Origin: Patescibacteria group bacterium
GTDB taxonomy: Bacteria; Patescibacteriota; Microgenomatia; 0-14-0-10-38-17
Length of the DNA stretch: 64,000 bases
Assembly: GCA_050953885.1 (NCBI GenBank)
Contig: JBMNNJ010000001.1
Span: 527,437 to 591,436 of the forward strand
Direction of reading: 5' to 3'
In this document: positions 9,417 through 19,085 of the stretch, piece by piece
Numbering within the stretch: the stretch's first letter is position 1
Layout: every line of letters starts with the position of its first letter
Notes under the pieces: generated by a model
Database searches by the model: none
What the model was told of the DNA's origin: nothing
Seen by the model: only the letters and a program-made list of their open reading frames with translations
Program-made: the position numbers and the translations under genes

Positions 9417-11348
9417 CTACTGAATATCTAATCTTTCTCTTGCAAAAGCACCTCTTTTTTCAAGATAACCTAACGGGTGCTCTTTTAGTAAACTCTCAAA
9501 TACTAATCTATCCGTCACCCCAAATGGAGACGTTATTCCCCTCTTTTCCGGATTTCTCACCCCACCATAACCAGCATAAACTGCCCACACTTTCAAATTA
9601 TGAAAATGTCTTATTGCCGTCTCCTTCGAACTACCCCTCTCTTCGTAATATTCCTCAAGATTCCTTTCTAGTCTCAAAGTCCTGAAAATATCAAGAAGGG
9701 GTACAACCCACTCTCCTATTTTTTCTTCTCTCAAGGGCCTACCAGGGCTAAAGTATTCCAACAGTTCCACTGCTTCCTTCGAGATAAGAAAAAAATGATC
9801 TTCACTTGTAAGATTGCTCTGTGTTCTACTCCAGTCGATTTTTTCTTTTCTAAGCAATCTTTCCAATAAGCTTACTTTTCCTTGACTATCATCACTGTAA
9901 GTTTCCCAAAAACTTTTCATTGTGGTAACAGGATAACATTCTGGCACATAAATTAAAATTTTCCCTTTTTTTCCCTCAACCTCATAACGCCAAAACTGAG
10001 AAGGAGAGTTCGCCCCCTTAAATATAAAATCTTCTGCTTCCTTTCCCGTTTCCTTTTTTATTCTCTCAATCTGCAATACTCCCCACTTACCAAAAGCTCC
10101 CCACTCAAAACCATTTGCGCACTCATCTTCAAATCTTTCTTGAGGATGATAAACAGTCCGCAGGGCTTCGGAACACAACGCCGGAACCCAAGCATGCCGT
10201 TCTCTCAAATCCCTAGGGCCTTGCAAAGAGTATCGGCTATCAACTGACTCTATCAAGTTACTACACCATATCCAATTCCAGGCAATAGCATCAGCACTCT
10301 TAACCTTAATTCTAAGTTTTTGCCTTTCTTCCTCGCTCATTTGGCTTTCCATTTCCCGAGAAACACCAAAAACACTTCTTGCCAAATAATCCTGCAGTTT
10401 TTTCCTAAACTCATTAAGCTCCGCTCCTGATTCGCATTCTACTAAACAAAACTCTTCTTCCTCGCCACTCCCTTTATCTACAATCTTAGTCGTGCCATTT
10501 ATAATTTCATCAGCGTACCATTCCAAAGACTGCTTTACTCCCTCAATATTGTAAAGCCTTTCTGCCTGTTCAACCGTGTTTGTCAATTGTATCCAATCTA
10601 AATCTTCCGTCAACTCCTTTGGAGATGCATAATGTACTTTCTTCCAATAAGCCGCTCTGGCTAATTGCCAACGGGCATCCCAATCCCTACGCTCCTCAGA
10701 AGAAGCCTCTATATAAAACCGTGGCTCCATATTAGGAGTAAAACGCGTGTAAAAATCTTGTTGAAGCTCCACATCAACCCAACGCTCTTTCTCTTCTTCA
10801 GGAGGCAATTGAGAGTAGGCTTCTCTTGTTCTTTCATTATAACCAATAGCCATTTTTATTAAGTTTTCGGTGCTTTCTTGATTTTTTTGGGTTGACTTAA
10901 TTGTTTCTTCTTGTAAATCTTTCATTCTTCCCATAAATTTATCTAAACCGCTTAACTTTATCTCCGTGGGCATAGCCTTTTGGTTTACTTCTCCCCCCTC
11001 TTCTGACAATTCCTGCTCCCTTAATAATCTTTCCCTTTCCTCACCAAGCTCTCCGGCTAAAACCGACCATTCATCTTCAGGCACTTGCTCGTCAAGGCAC
11101 CAATCATCGCCTTTCCCTAAAAGTTTCCCCAAACCTTCCGGGGTTTGGTTGCGAGATTCCAACGCCAGCCGGCCTAAGCGTTGGAGCTTCTCGTTTCTGA
11201 TTGCCGCCTCTTGCAAAACTTTTTCTTCCTCGTCTTTTTTTGGCTCTATTAAACCCCGTAACCTTTCTTCAAAAGAAGGTTGCCTTGCCTGCTCTGCCGA
11301 TAATGGTCTTTCCTGTTCTGGTGTGGGCATAATTTCTCTTTCAACCAT
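9417..11348 (-). CDS. Hypothetical Glu/Arg-rich protein
   Basis: 643 aa open frame, coiled-coil-like N-terminus, Trp-rich core. Confidence 0.72.
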   Translation of the reverse strand: MVEREIMPTPEQERPLSAEQARQPSFEERLRGLIEPKKDEEEKVLQEAAIRNEKLQRLGRLALESRNQTPEGLGKLLGKGDDWCLDEQVPEDEWSVLAGELGEERERLLREQELSEEGGEVNQKAMPTEIKLSGLDKFMGRMKDLQEETIKSTQKNQESTENLIKMAIGYNERTREAYSQLPPEEEKERWVDVELQQDFYTRFTPNMEPRFYIEASSEERRDWDARWQLARAAYWKKVHYASPKELTEDLDWIQLTNTVEQAERLYNIEGVKQSLEWYADEIINGTTKIVDKGSGEEEEFCLVECESGAELNEFRKKLQDYLARSVFGVSREMESQMSEEERQKLRIKVKSADAIAWNWIWCSNLIESVDSRYSLQGPRDLRERHAWVPALCSEALRTVYHPQERFEDECANGFEWGAFGKWGVLQIERIKKETGKEAEDFIFKGANSPSQFWRYEVEGKKGKILIYVPECYPVTTMKSFWETYSDDSQGKVSLLERLLRKEKIDWSRTQSNLTSEDHFFLISKEAVELLEYFSPGRPLREEKIGEWVVPLLDIFRTLRLERNLEEYYEERGSSKETAIRHFHNLKVWAVYAGYGGVRNPEKRGITSPFGVTDRLVFESLLKEHPLGYLEKRGAFARERLDIQ

Positions 11349-11415
11349 ATTGGTTTAGCTATAACAAACTTGGCCCGATTTTAGCAAAAAATATAGGAAA
11401 AAACAAGCTCGGCCC

Positions 11416-11449
11416 TTGCGCAGTTTCTTAGTTTGTTGTAAGCTAGAAT
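11416..11449 (+). promoter_or_regulatory. Promoter of prgI-virB4 operon
   Basis: TTGCGC-17 nt-TAAGCT (alternative -10 TAGAAT at 11444). Confidence 0.45.
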
Positions 11450-11454
11450 TGTTT

Positions 11455-11687
11455 AAAGTTAAAAGTCAAAATTCAAAATGCAAAAAGTTAGCAACTCGCA
11501 ACTGGTAACCAGTAACTCGTAATAAGAAGCCAAGATTAAATAACAAAGAGTAAAATGCAAAACCAAGCCAAGAATTAAAAATGTCTTTGAATTTTGATTT
11601 AGGTTTTAATCTTTGCGCTTTGCTCTTTGCGCTTTTTTTATTACCTATTACGGACTACTGATTTTGACTTTTGAATTTTGAATTTTT
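11455..11687. repeat. Nested inverted-repeat element (three layers)
   Basis: AAAGTCAAAATTCAAAA...TTTTGACTTTTGAATTTTGAATTTTT outer arms and TAACTCG/TTACG middle arms; close to the outer layers of 13336-13798 and 23345-23600. Confidence 0.85.
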
Positions 11688-12533
11688 ATGGAACAGCATC
11701 CTATTCCTCAACACATTTCCTCCTATGAGTTTCGCCTTATCGGCGAGATGACGCTAGGACAGTTTGCCCGTGTGGCCGGCGGGGTTATCGTTGGTTTGCT
11801 TTTCTACGCTCTTCCTTTACCCGGTTTTATCAAGTGGTTCCTTGTTTTTCTTGCGGTGGGAGGAGGAGCAGCTTTTGCTTTTTTTCCCATTGAGGGCCGC
11901 CCCTTGGAAACCTGGATTTTGGCCTTCTTAAAATCAATTTATTCTCCCACCCAGTATGTCTGGCGAAAAAGCGTCGCCTCTTTTGACTTTCAAACCCGAA
12001 CGCCCTCTGCCGAAGAAGCCCTTCCTCCTTCCCCAGCCACAAAAACCCTTACCCCTCAAGAGTTGGCTCTTTTGCGCACTTTTGGACAGAAAGATACCGA
12101 TTTTTATAGTGAAGAGGAAATTAAAAAAGCCCAGGCGCTTCTTGCTCTTTATCAGCAACCCACCAAAGTAACCCCTCCTCCCCCCCCGGCGGGGGTTAAA
12201 AAAGAAGAAAAGGCCAAAGAGACTCGCTTTGAGGAAAACCTGCCTTTTCCCGCCCCGCCGGAAGAGCCGAATATTATCGTCGGTATGGTGATTGACAAAA
12301 ACGGCAAGATTGTGGAAGGAGCAATTATTGAGATCAAAAACCAAGAAGGGGAAACGATGCGGGCAATGAGAAGCAACAAGTTGGGTCAGTTTCGCACTGT
12401 TTCTCCTTTAGGTGATGGCGAATACCAAATTTCCTGCGAAAAAGAAGGACTTAATTTTGATATAATGAAAATTAAACTTGAAGGGAAAATCCTTCCACCT
12501 ATTGAAATAAGAGAAAAGCCATCGGCTCTATAG
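11688..12533 (+). CDS. prgI: PrgI family protein with C-terminal carboxypeptidase-regulatory-like domain
   Basis: MEQHPIPQ...EFRLIGEMTLGQF N-terminus, two TM helices, GRPLETW; C-terminal GMVIDKNGKIVEGAIIEI beta-sandwich. Confidence 0.8.
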   Translation: MEQHPIPQHISSYEFRLIGEMTLGQFARVAGGVIVGLLFYALPLPGFIKWFLVFLAVGGGAAFAFFPIEGRPLETWILAFLKSIYSPTQYVWRKSVASFDFQTRTPSAEEALPPSPATKTLTPQELALLRTFGQKDTDFYSEEEIKKAQALLALYQQPTKVTPPPPPAGVKKEEKAKETRFEENLPFPAPPEEPNIIVGMVIDKNGKIVEGAIIEIKNQEGETMRAMRSNKLGQFRTVSPLGDGEYQISCEKEGLNFDIMKIKLEGKILPPIEIREKPSAL

Positions 12534-12566
12534 GATCTATTAACCCTATATCAAATTTTTCAAAAA

Positions 12567-13337
12567 ATGCCAACCTCACCTGTCCGTGCCTCAACCCAAG
12601 AGGCCATTCCCATTGAAGACATTCGCGACAATTTAGTTATTTTAAAAGATGGCTCGGCGGCGCTGATTCTCCAAATAAGCGCCCTAAACTTTGACCTTCT
12701 TTCTCAAAGAGAACAGGAAGCGCTTATTTTTGCCTATGGCAGTCTTCTTAACTCCCTTAGTTTCTCAATCCAAATTTTTATTCGTTCGCAAAAAAAAGAC
12801 ATTACCGGCTACCTTAGTCTCTTGGAAAAGGCCAAAGATAATCAAAAAAATCCTCTTCTTAAGAAACTTATCACCGACTATCAAAAATTTATTAAAGAAG
12901 TGGTCACCAAAACAGAAATTTTGGATAAAAAATTTTATCTGGTGATTCCCTTTTCCTCACTTGAATTAGGAATAGGCGCGGCAACAAAAAGCCTTACCGC
13001 CAGTCTCCCTTTTTTTAAAAAATCTGCTCCCTCTCAAAAATTAGACTTAATTGAGGTTTCCCAAAAGGCGCAGACCTCACTTACCCCCAAGAGGGACCAT
13101 TTAATCAGGCTTTTTGCCCGCTTGGGGCTTTCTGCCCGCCAGCTCACCACCAACGAGCTTATTTACCTTTTCTTCCGTATTTACAATCCCAACGCCAAGG
13201 GGATTGAACCGGCCCTTACCAAAGAATATCTCTCGCCCTTAACCACCAGCGTTTTAACACCACCGAAAGAAGAAATCGCAAAGACAGAAAAGCCTGAAAC
13301 TCAAAATGAGAAGTCAGAAACAAAAGCGCCGCAGTAA
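12567..13337 (+). CDS. T4SS-associated protein (TraC/VirB4 N-terminal-like)
   Basis: STQEAIPIEDIRDNLVILKDG...NFDLLSQREQEALI...LNSLSFSIQI pattern, typical of the gene between prgI and virB4. Confidence 0.7.
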   Translation: MPTSPVRASTQEAIPIEDIRDNLVILKDGSAALILQISALNFDLLSQREQEALIFAYGSLLNSLSFSIQIFIRSQKKDITGYLSLLEKAKDNQKNPLLKKLITDYQKFIKEVVTKTEILDKKFYLVIPFSSLELGIGAATKSLTASLPFFKKSAPSQKLDLIEVSQKAQTSLTPKRDHLIRLFARLGLSARQLTTNELIYLFFRIYNPNAKGIEPALTKEYLSPLTTSVLTPPKEEIAKTEKPETQNEKSETKAPQ

Positions 13338-13798
13338 AGTCAAAAATCAAAATTTAAAAGTTTATCCGCCAGCTGGCGGATAAAATTCAAAATGAAAATG
13401 TAAAAAGTAAAAAGTTAGTAACTCGTAACTGGTAACCAGTAACTCGTAATAAGAAATCAAGATTAAATAGCAAATATCAAAATGCAAAACCAAGTTCAAA
13501 GACCAAAACTATAAATTAAATCTCAAAACGCAAATGACAAACTGCTCTGCCGGCAAGGCAGGTCTACATGGCAAATGTTAAAACTTTTTAAAGCTTAAGG
13601 TTATTTTTTTAGATTTTAGTTTTGAGTTGTAGTTTTGAGTTTTGACATTTGAGATTTAAGTTTATTTATTGTTTTTGAATTTTGATTTAGGTTCTAATCT
13701 TTGCGCTTTGCGTTTTACGCTTTTTTATTACTTATTACGAGTTACATATTACGGATTACTGATTTTTAATTTTGACTTTTGAATTTTGAATTTTTTTC
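13336..13798. repeat. Nested inverted-repeat element (four layers plus two GC micro-palindromes)
   Basis: Four concentric complementary arm pairs; ATCCGCCAGCTGGCGGAT at 13364-13381; CTGCTCTGCCGGCAAGGCAGG at 13542-13562. Confidence 0.88.
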
Positions 13799-15631
13799 AT
13801 GCCCAATCCTCTTAACCAACTATTAGCAATAATCAAGCCTCCTAAAAAAGAAAGTCAGGCGGAGGCGGCCGCAGAAAAAGAAGGCGGCGACACCTTTGGC
13901 GCCGGCGTGCCCACCATTAAAGACATCATCGCCCCGGCCGCCATTGAAGTGGATTTTTCCTATCTTAAAATTGACAATAAATATTTACGGACTTTTTTTG
14001 TCGCCGGTTATCCCCGCTTTGTTTCCGCCAACTGGCTCTCGCCCCTGATTAATTTTGACCACACCTTGGATATTTCCATGTTTATTTATCCAGTGGAAAT
14101 AAAGGGAACCTTAGACGACTTGCGCCGGAAAATCGCCGAAATGGAAGCGGAAATTTCCACCGACATCCAGCGGGGCCGGGTGGTTGATCCCTCCACCCAA
14201 GCAAAATTAGAAGACGCCCTTGCCCTTCAAGAAGAGTTAGCCAAAGGAACAGAGCATTTTTTTCAATTTAGCCTCTATATCACCATTCCCGCTGATTCTC
14301 TTCAGGAATTGGAAGAGGTAAGTCGTGAAGTTGAAGCCACCTTGGGTTCGCTTTTAATTATTGCCAAAACGGCTAGCCTGCAAATGGAAGAAGGCTTTAA
14401 AACCACTCTCCCTTTGGGAGTTGATCTTTTAAATATTACCCGTAATATGGACACCACCTCACTAGCCACCACTTTCCCTTTTACTTCCTCAGAACTGACC
14501 GCCAACGAGGGGATTTTATACGGTGTTAACCAACATAATGGTTCTTTGGTTATTTTTGACCGTTTCAATTTGGAAAATTCTAATGCGGTTATTTTTGGCA
14601 AGTCCGGTTCGGGGAAAAGTTATCTGGTAAAACTTGAAGCCCTGCGCTCTTTAATGATGGGCACGGAGCTGATTATTATCGACCCCGAGGAAGAATACCA
14701 CCAGCTTTGTGAAGCAGTAGGAGGCGAGTATATTAAATTTGGTTTTGGCTCGCGGGCAAAAATCAACCCTTTTGATCTCCCCAGTCAGCAACTATCGTTT
14801 CCCGGCGAAAAAACCGAAAATGAACTTGGCTTCAAGCTTCTCTCTCTTCATTCGCTTTTAAAAATAATGTTAGGAGAGATGAGCGCTAACGAAGAAGCAA
14901 TTTTGGACCGAGCACTCGTGGCCGCTTATAAAAGCAAGGGAATCACTCCCGATCCCGCCACTTATGAACAGGAGCCGCCGCTTTTAGAAGATCTTTATAA
15001 AACTCTTTTGGGAATGGAAAGTAAAGAGGGTCAGCTTTTGGCTACCCGTTTGGAAAAATTTGTTAAAGGCTCGCTTACCGGCATTTTTGACCAGCATTCC
15101 AATGTTAACCTAAAAAATCCTTTTACGGTTTTTTCCTTAAAAGACGTCGAGGGCGACTTAAGGCCGGTGGTAATGTTTATTATCCTTGATTACATTTGGA
15201 CCAAGGTTAAGGCAGAGCTTAAAAAAAGAATCGTCATTGTTGATGAGGCGTGGTATTTAATGCGCTATCCTGATTCGGCCCAGTTTTTGGAATCTATCGC
15301 CAAAAGGGCGCGCAAGTATTATCTGGGGCTTTCCACTATCACCCAAGACGTTCCCGATTTTCTTTCTTCGCCCTATGGGGAATCAATTATCACCAATTCT
15401 TCTGTTCAAATTTTAATGAAACAGCATCCGGCCGCTATTGACCGCTTAGGCGAGGTTTTCTATCTTTCCGAGGGGGAGAAAAACTTCCTCCTCTCGGCCA
15501 ATATTGGCGAAGGGCTTTTCTTTGCCGGCGAAAACCATGTGGCCATTAAAGTCATCTCCTCCCCTCAAGAACATAAATTGGTTAGTTCCAGTCCGAAAGA
15601 GAAAATAAAAGAAACGACCAAAGAAAAATGA
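13799..15631 (+). CDS. virB4: VirB4-like T4SS ATPase
   Basis: Walker A GKSGSGKS, IIIDPEEEY, INPFD, Walker B IVVDEAW, ARKYYLGLSTITQ. Confidence 0.92.
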   Translation: MPNPLNQLLAIIKPPKKESQAEAAAEKEGGDTFGAGVPTIKDIIAPAAIEVDFSYLKIDNKYLRTFFVAGYPRFVSANWLSPLINFDHTLDISMFIYPVEIKGTLDDLRRKIAEMEAEISTDIQRGRVVDPSTQAKLEDALALQEELAKGTEHFFQFSLYITIPADSLQELEEVSREVEATLGSLLIIAKTASLQMEEGFKTTLPLGVDLLNITRNMDTTSLATTFPFTSSELTANEGILYGVNQHNGSLVIFDRFNLENSNAVIFGKSGSGKSYLVKLEALRSLMMGTELIIIDPEEEYHQLCEAVGGEYIKFGFGSRAKINPFDLPSQQLSFPGEKTENELGFKLLSLHSLLKIMLGEMSANEEAILDRALVAAYKSKGITPDPATYEQEPPLLEDLYKTLLGMESKEGQLLATRLEKFVKGSLTGIFDQHSNVNLKNPFTVFSLKDVEGDLRPVVMFIILDYIWTKVKAELKKRIVIVDEAWYLMRYPDSAQFLESIAKRARKYYLGLSTITQDVPDFLSSPYGESIITNSSVQILMKQHPAAIDRLGEVFYLSEGEKNFLLSANIGEGLFFAGENHVAIKVISSPQEHKLVSSSPKEKIKETTKEK

Positions 15632-15651
15632 GAAATTAAAAATTCGGTTTT

Positions 15652-18600
15652 ATGCCCGACCAAGATAAATTAATCCTTTCCCGCGAAACCGCCGCACATC
15701 TTCTTGAGGGAATCTCTTTTTTTAAAGAAAATCCCGCCGCCAAAGAATGGCAAAATTTAGATAAGAATCTTTTTATTTTTCTTTGCCGCGAACTTTGTCA
15801 ATTACCTGTCGAGGAAGAAGAAAATCTTAATGATTATCTTGCCCGTCTTGAGGATTTTTTAAAAAAAATCGTTAATGAAGAGCTCACCGCCCCTTCCCTG
15901 CCCCAAAATTTGGAAGAATTAGTTGAGGCTTGGGAAAAATTTTTGGCCCAAAAAGACGCCCAAGCGCCACCTCCTCCCAAAATAAATCTTCCCACCGTTG
16001 AAGACTGGATAAAAACTTTACAGGAAAAAAGGGTTCAGGAAGAGGTCGCCCCCCAAGTTGAAAAGGCGCTTGAAACCGCCGCTCCCCACCTTTCCTCCCA
16101 AGATAAGGCTGTTCTTGGAGAAAAGATAAGCGAAGAGATCGCCAAAACCCCCTTCCTTATCCTTCCCCGGGAAGAAAAAGAAGCGGTTGCCCAAAGGGTG
16201 GTTGAGAAAAGCCTTGAAGAAAAACAAATCCTTTTAGGAGAAGAACAAAGGCAACTGTTAACTAAGACAATGGTTAGTCCGGCGCCAACGCTTCCTTCCC
16301 AAAAGCAAGTGGTTAAGGAAATCGGAGACCAGGTAGAAAGTTTAGTAAGCCAGCATCTCCCCGACCTTTCTCCTGATCAAAAACAACTTCTCTCTCACCA
16401 GTTGGTTGAAGAAGTAATTACGCCGATAATTCCCCCCGAGGAGGCTTTTCTCAAGCCTTCGCTTTGGCTGGCCGAAGCCCCGGGGTTAAAAACACCTCCT
16501 GAAATAGCCGCTAAGGCAGAGACAATCATTGAAACCAGTGTCCCTCAAGCTTCAGGGGAACAAAAAGAAGCCTTAAAGAAAGAGGTTGAAAAAATCATTA
16601 GAGGAGAAGAAGAGCTTGGTCCGGCCACCAAAGAATGGCAGGAAACTTTTCGCCAGACACTGGCGAGAGAGGAAATAAAACCAAGGGTAGAAGCAGTTCT
16701 TGAAACCGCCGCTCCCCACCTTTCCTCCCAAGATAAGGCTGATCTTGGAGAAAAGATAAGCGAAGAGATCGCCAAAACTCCCTTCCTTACCCTTCCCCGG
16801 GAAGAAAAAGAAGCGGTTGCCCAAAGGGTGGTTGAGAAAAGCCTTGGGGAAAAACAAATCCTTTTGGGAGAAGAACAAAGACAGCTATTAACTAAGGCAA
16901 TGGTTAGTCCGGCACCAGCGCTTCCTCCAAAAGAAAGAGTCGTTAGAGAAATTATTACCCCACCTGTTTTTAAAAACTTTCAGGAACAAATCAAAGAAGC
17001 CCTAAAAATTTCTTTAGGAAAAGTTGAGCCGGAAACCATTAGCGAGGTGAGTCCCATTGTCAGCGAAGCGCTGGCGGTTAATCTTCCTTTCTTAACCCCC
17101 CAAGAATTAGCAAGCCTAAACCCTTCAGAAAAAGGCGAAATCGTGGAAAACACTATCGAGGCAGCCCTGCCGGATATTGGCGAATTTTTGGTCGCCAAAG
17201 GAATTAACCTTTCCCCCCAAGAAACTGCCAATTTTTTAGATCAGCTTACCATTGCCACAAATGATAATTTAGAAAAGCTCACCATTGTTCCGCCCGAAAA
17301 TCGTCTCCCCCAGGAAAAAATTACCAAAACCGAAGGAAGCGCCACCCCCGCCTTAGCCGCCCTCCTTCATCCCCGTCAAACCGCCACTCTCCTTTTTAAC
17401 CCCCAATTAAGAAGAAACCTTGAGGCTTTAGATAAAAACCCCTCCCTTCCTTTTAGTCTTACTGTTGAAGGAGAAGAGGCCTCGCCGGGAGAAAAAATTA
17501 AAAATATTTTTCTTCAAAAGGGAATTAATTTTCAAAGCGTTAATTTAGTCAAGCCCCTAAAAGAGGAAACCGAAAGCTTAATATTGGCCGCCAAGGGAAT
17601 TACCAGTGCCGACTTAAACTTGGCGATTAAGACAAGCCGGGAGGAAAACCGACCGGTTGAAGAAATTAGTAAATTAGAACAGCTTTTTGTCCGTCAGTTG
17701 GATTTTGAAAAAAAGTTTCCCCAGTTAGCCCAAAAATTTTATCGCCTAAGAAGAGCGCGTGAAGTTGTTTCCGGCCAGAAAAACGACCAAAAATTACCTT
17801 CCTGGCCTTTTGCCCAAATTAAAAGCCAAACTAACCTTGAAACAACAAGATGGAACTTTTTAAGAACTGCTAATCGTTTTTTGGAAAAAATAGGCTTGGT
17901 TAAAAAAGAGGAAAGTCCTTCAGGGAAAATTATCCAATCCTCTCTGGTTTGGTATTATCCCCAAAAAATTGGCCAGGCAATCTCCTCTTTTTGGCAAAAA
18001 ACAGGGATTGGCAAAACCATTAAATCTTGGTTTTCCCAACAAACTCATCGTTTTTGGCAAGGCGCTTTGGGACAAATAAGAGGATTTAGTAAAGCGGGAG
18101 TTAAAAAAGCGGCTCAGGAAGGCGCCAAAAAAGGGGTTGCCAAAGCCATCGCCTGGCTTTCTACCAAGCTGGCGGCCACCAAACTGGGGGCGGCTTTAGG
18201 CTCAATTGCCCCGGGAATAGGCAATGCGGTCGGCGCGGTAGTGGGATTTGTGGTTGATACCGGCGTCTCGCTTTTTAAAAAAGGCGGTGAATTTTTAGAA
18301 AAGCTTACCGGCGGCCAAACCGAAGCCGAACAAAAACTAAAAGCCGCTCTTGGCCCATTTTCTTTTCTGGTTTCCCCTTTAGTTTTAATTTTTATTATCG
18401 CCTTAGGCGCGCCACTTATCCTTGTTTTTTTAACTGTTACCAATATTGGTGGCGCTTTTTTGAGCCCGGCGGGGGGAGAAGAATTTGTCCCCCCGGGTAA
18501 TTCTCTCCCTCCTAATATTAACGGTCATTTATCGGAACAACTAGTTCAAATGTTTATTAACTGCGGTTTAGGAAACCCCGAGAGAGAAAATGCTACTATT

Positions 18601-19062
18601 TCTGTAAACAAAGGAAGCCTTTCTCGCTTTATAGACTGCATTGAGAACAGCGATCTAGACCCTTGGCAAAAAAACGCTCTCTCCGACAGGTTTGAAAGCA
18701 ATACTAATAAATTTTATTATTTTCAATGTGTTGGTTTTGTTTTTGGCGTGGAAGCTATCCAAGGAAGAATAATGCCTTCAAATGATGTTTGTTGGGCTAC
18801 CGCAAACCAGTGGGGCAAAGAAGAATGTTATAAAAATAGTCCTGAATATGAATTTTTAGGAAATGACTGCTCTGGAGTACAGCCCGGAACTATTGCTGTT
18901 TGGTTCGGCAGCACTACTGGTCATATCGGTATTATCACCGGCATAGAAGAAGAAGTAGGTGAGCGTCGATTCCGCTTTACCTCAGCATGGGGTAATAATG
19001 GTATTATTGATATCCGCTCTTTTCCCTGTAGTCAATTTGATGCTTTCATCAGACCTCGATAA
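15652..19062 (+). CDS. Large membrane-anchored protein with C-terminal CHAP-like peptidoglycan hydrolase
   Basis: FQCVGFV (Cys) and PGTIAVW...GHIGII (His) motifs after a TM helix; long E/P/K-rich N-terminus and Gly/Ala zipper. Confidence 0.72.
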   Translation: MPDQDKLILSRETAAHLLEGISFFKENPAAKEWQNLDKNLFIFLCRELCQLPVEEEENLNDYLARLEDFLKKIVNEELTAPSLPQNLEELVEAWEKFLAQKDAQAPPPPKINLPTVEDWIKTLQEKRVQEEVAPQVEKALETAAPHLSSQDKAVLGEKISEEIAKTPFLILPREEKEAVAQRVVEKSLEEKQILLGEEQRQLLTKTMVSPAPTLPSQKQVVKEIGDQVESLVSQHLPDLSPDQKQLLSHQLVEEVITPIIPPEEAFLKPSLWLAEAPGLKTPPEIAAKAETIIETSVPQASGEQKEALKKEVEKIIRGEEELGPATKEWQETFRQTLAREEIKPRVEAVLETAAPHLSSQDKADLGEKISEEIAKTPFLTLPREEKEAVAQRVVEKSLGEKQILLGEEQRQLLTKAMVSPAPALPPKERVVREIITPPVFKNFQEQIKEALKISLGKVEPETISEVSPIVSEALAVNLPFLTPQELASLNPSEKGEIVENTIEAALPDIGEFLVAKGINLSPQETANFLDQLTIATNDNLEKLTIVPPENRLPQEKITKTEGSATPALAALLHPRQTATLLFNPQLRRNLEALDKNPSLPFSLTVEGEEASPGEKIKNIFLQKGINFQSVNLVKPLKEETESLILAAKGITSADLNLAIKTSREENRPVEEISKLEQLFVRQLDFEKKFPQLAQKFYRLRRAREVVSGQKNDQKLPSWPFAQIKSQTNLETTRWNFLRTANRFLEKIGLVKKEESPSGKIIQSSLVWYYPQKIGQAISSFWQKTGIGKTIKSWFSQQTHRFWQGALGQIRGFSKAGVKKAAQEGAKKGVAKAIAWLSTKLAATKLGAALGSIAPGIGNAVGAVVGFVVDTGVSLFKKGGEFLEKLTGGQTEAEQKLKAALGPFSFLVSPLVLIFIIALGAPLILVFLTVTNIGGAFLSPAGGEEFVPPGNSLPPNINGHLSEQLVQMFINCGLGNPERENATISVNKGSLSRFIDCIENSDLDPWQKNALSDRFESNTNKFYYFQCVGFVFGVEAIQGRIMPSNDVCWATANQWGKEECYKNSPEYEFLGNDCSGVQPGTIAVWFGSTTGHIGIITGIEEEVGERRFRFTSAWGNNGIIDIRSFPCSQFDAFIRPR
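16069..16926 (+). repeat. Intragenic direct repeat of ~228 bp (16069-16296 and 16699-16926)
   Basis: LETAAPHLSSQDKA...MVSPAP occurs twice, 630 nt apart, near-identical at DNA level. Confidence 0.95.
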
Positions 19063-19085
19063 ATAAGTTATAATAAAATGGCCCA

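Noticed and set aside
16069-16926. Near-identical repeat pair as DGR template/variable repeats
   Set aside because: Both copies are in-frame inside one gene, the differences are not adenine-specific, and no reverse transcriptase is in the window.
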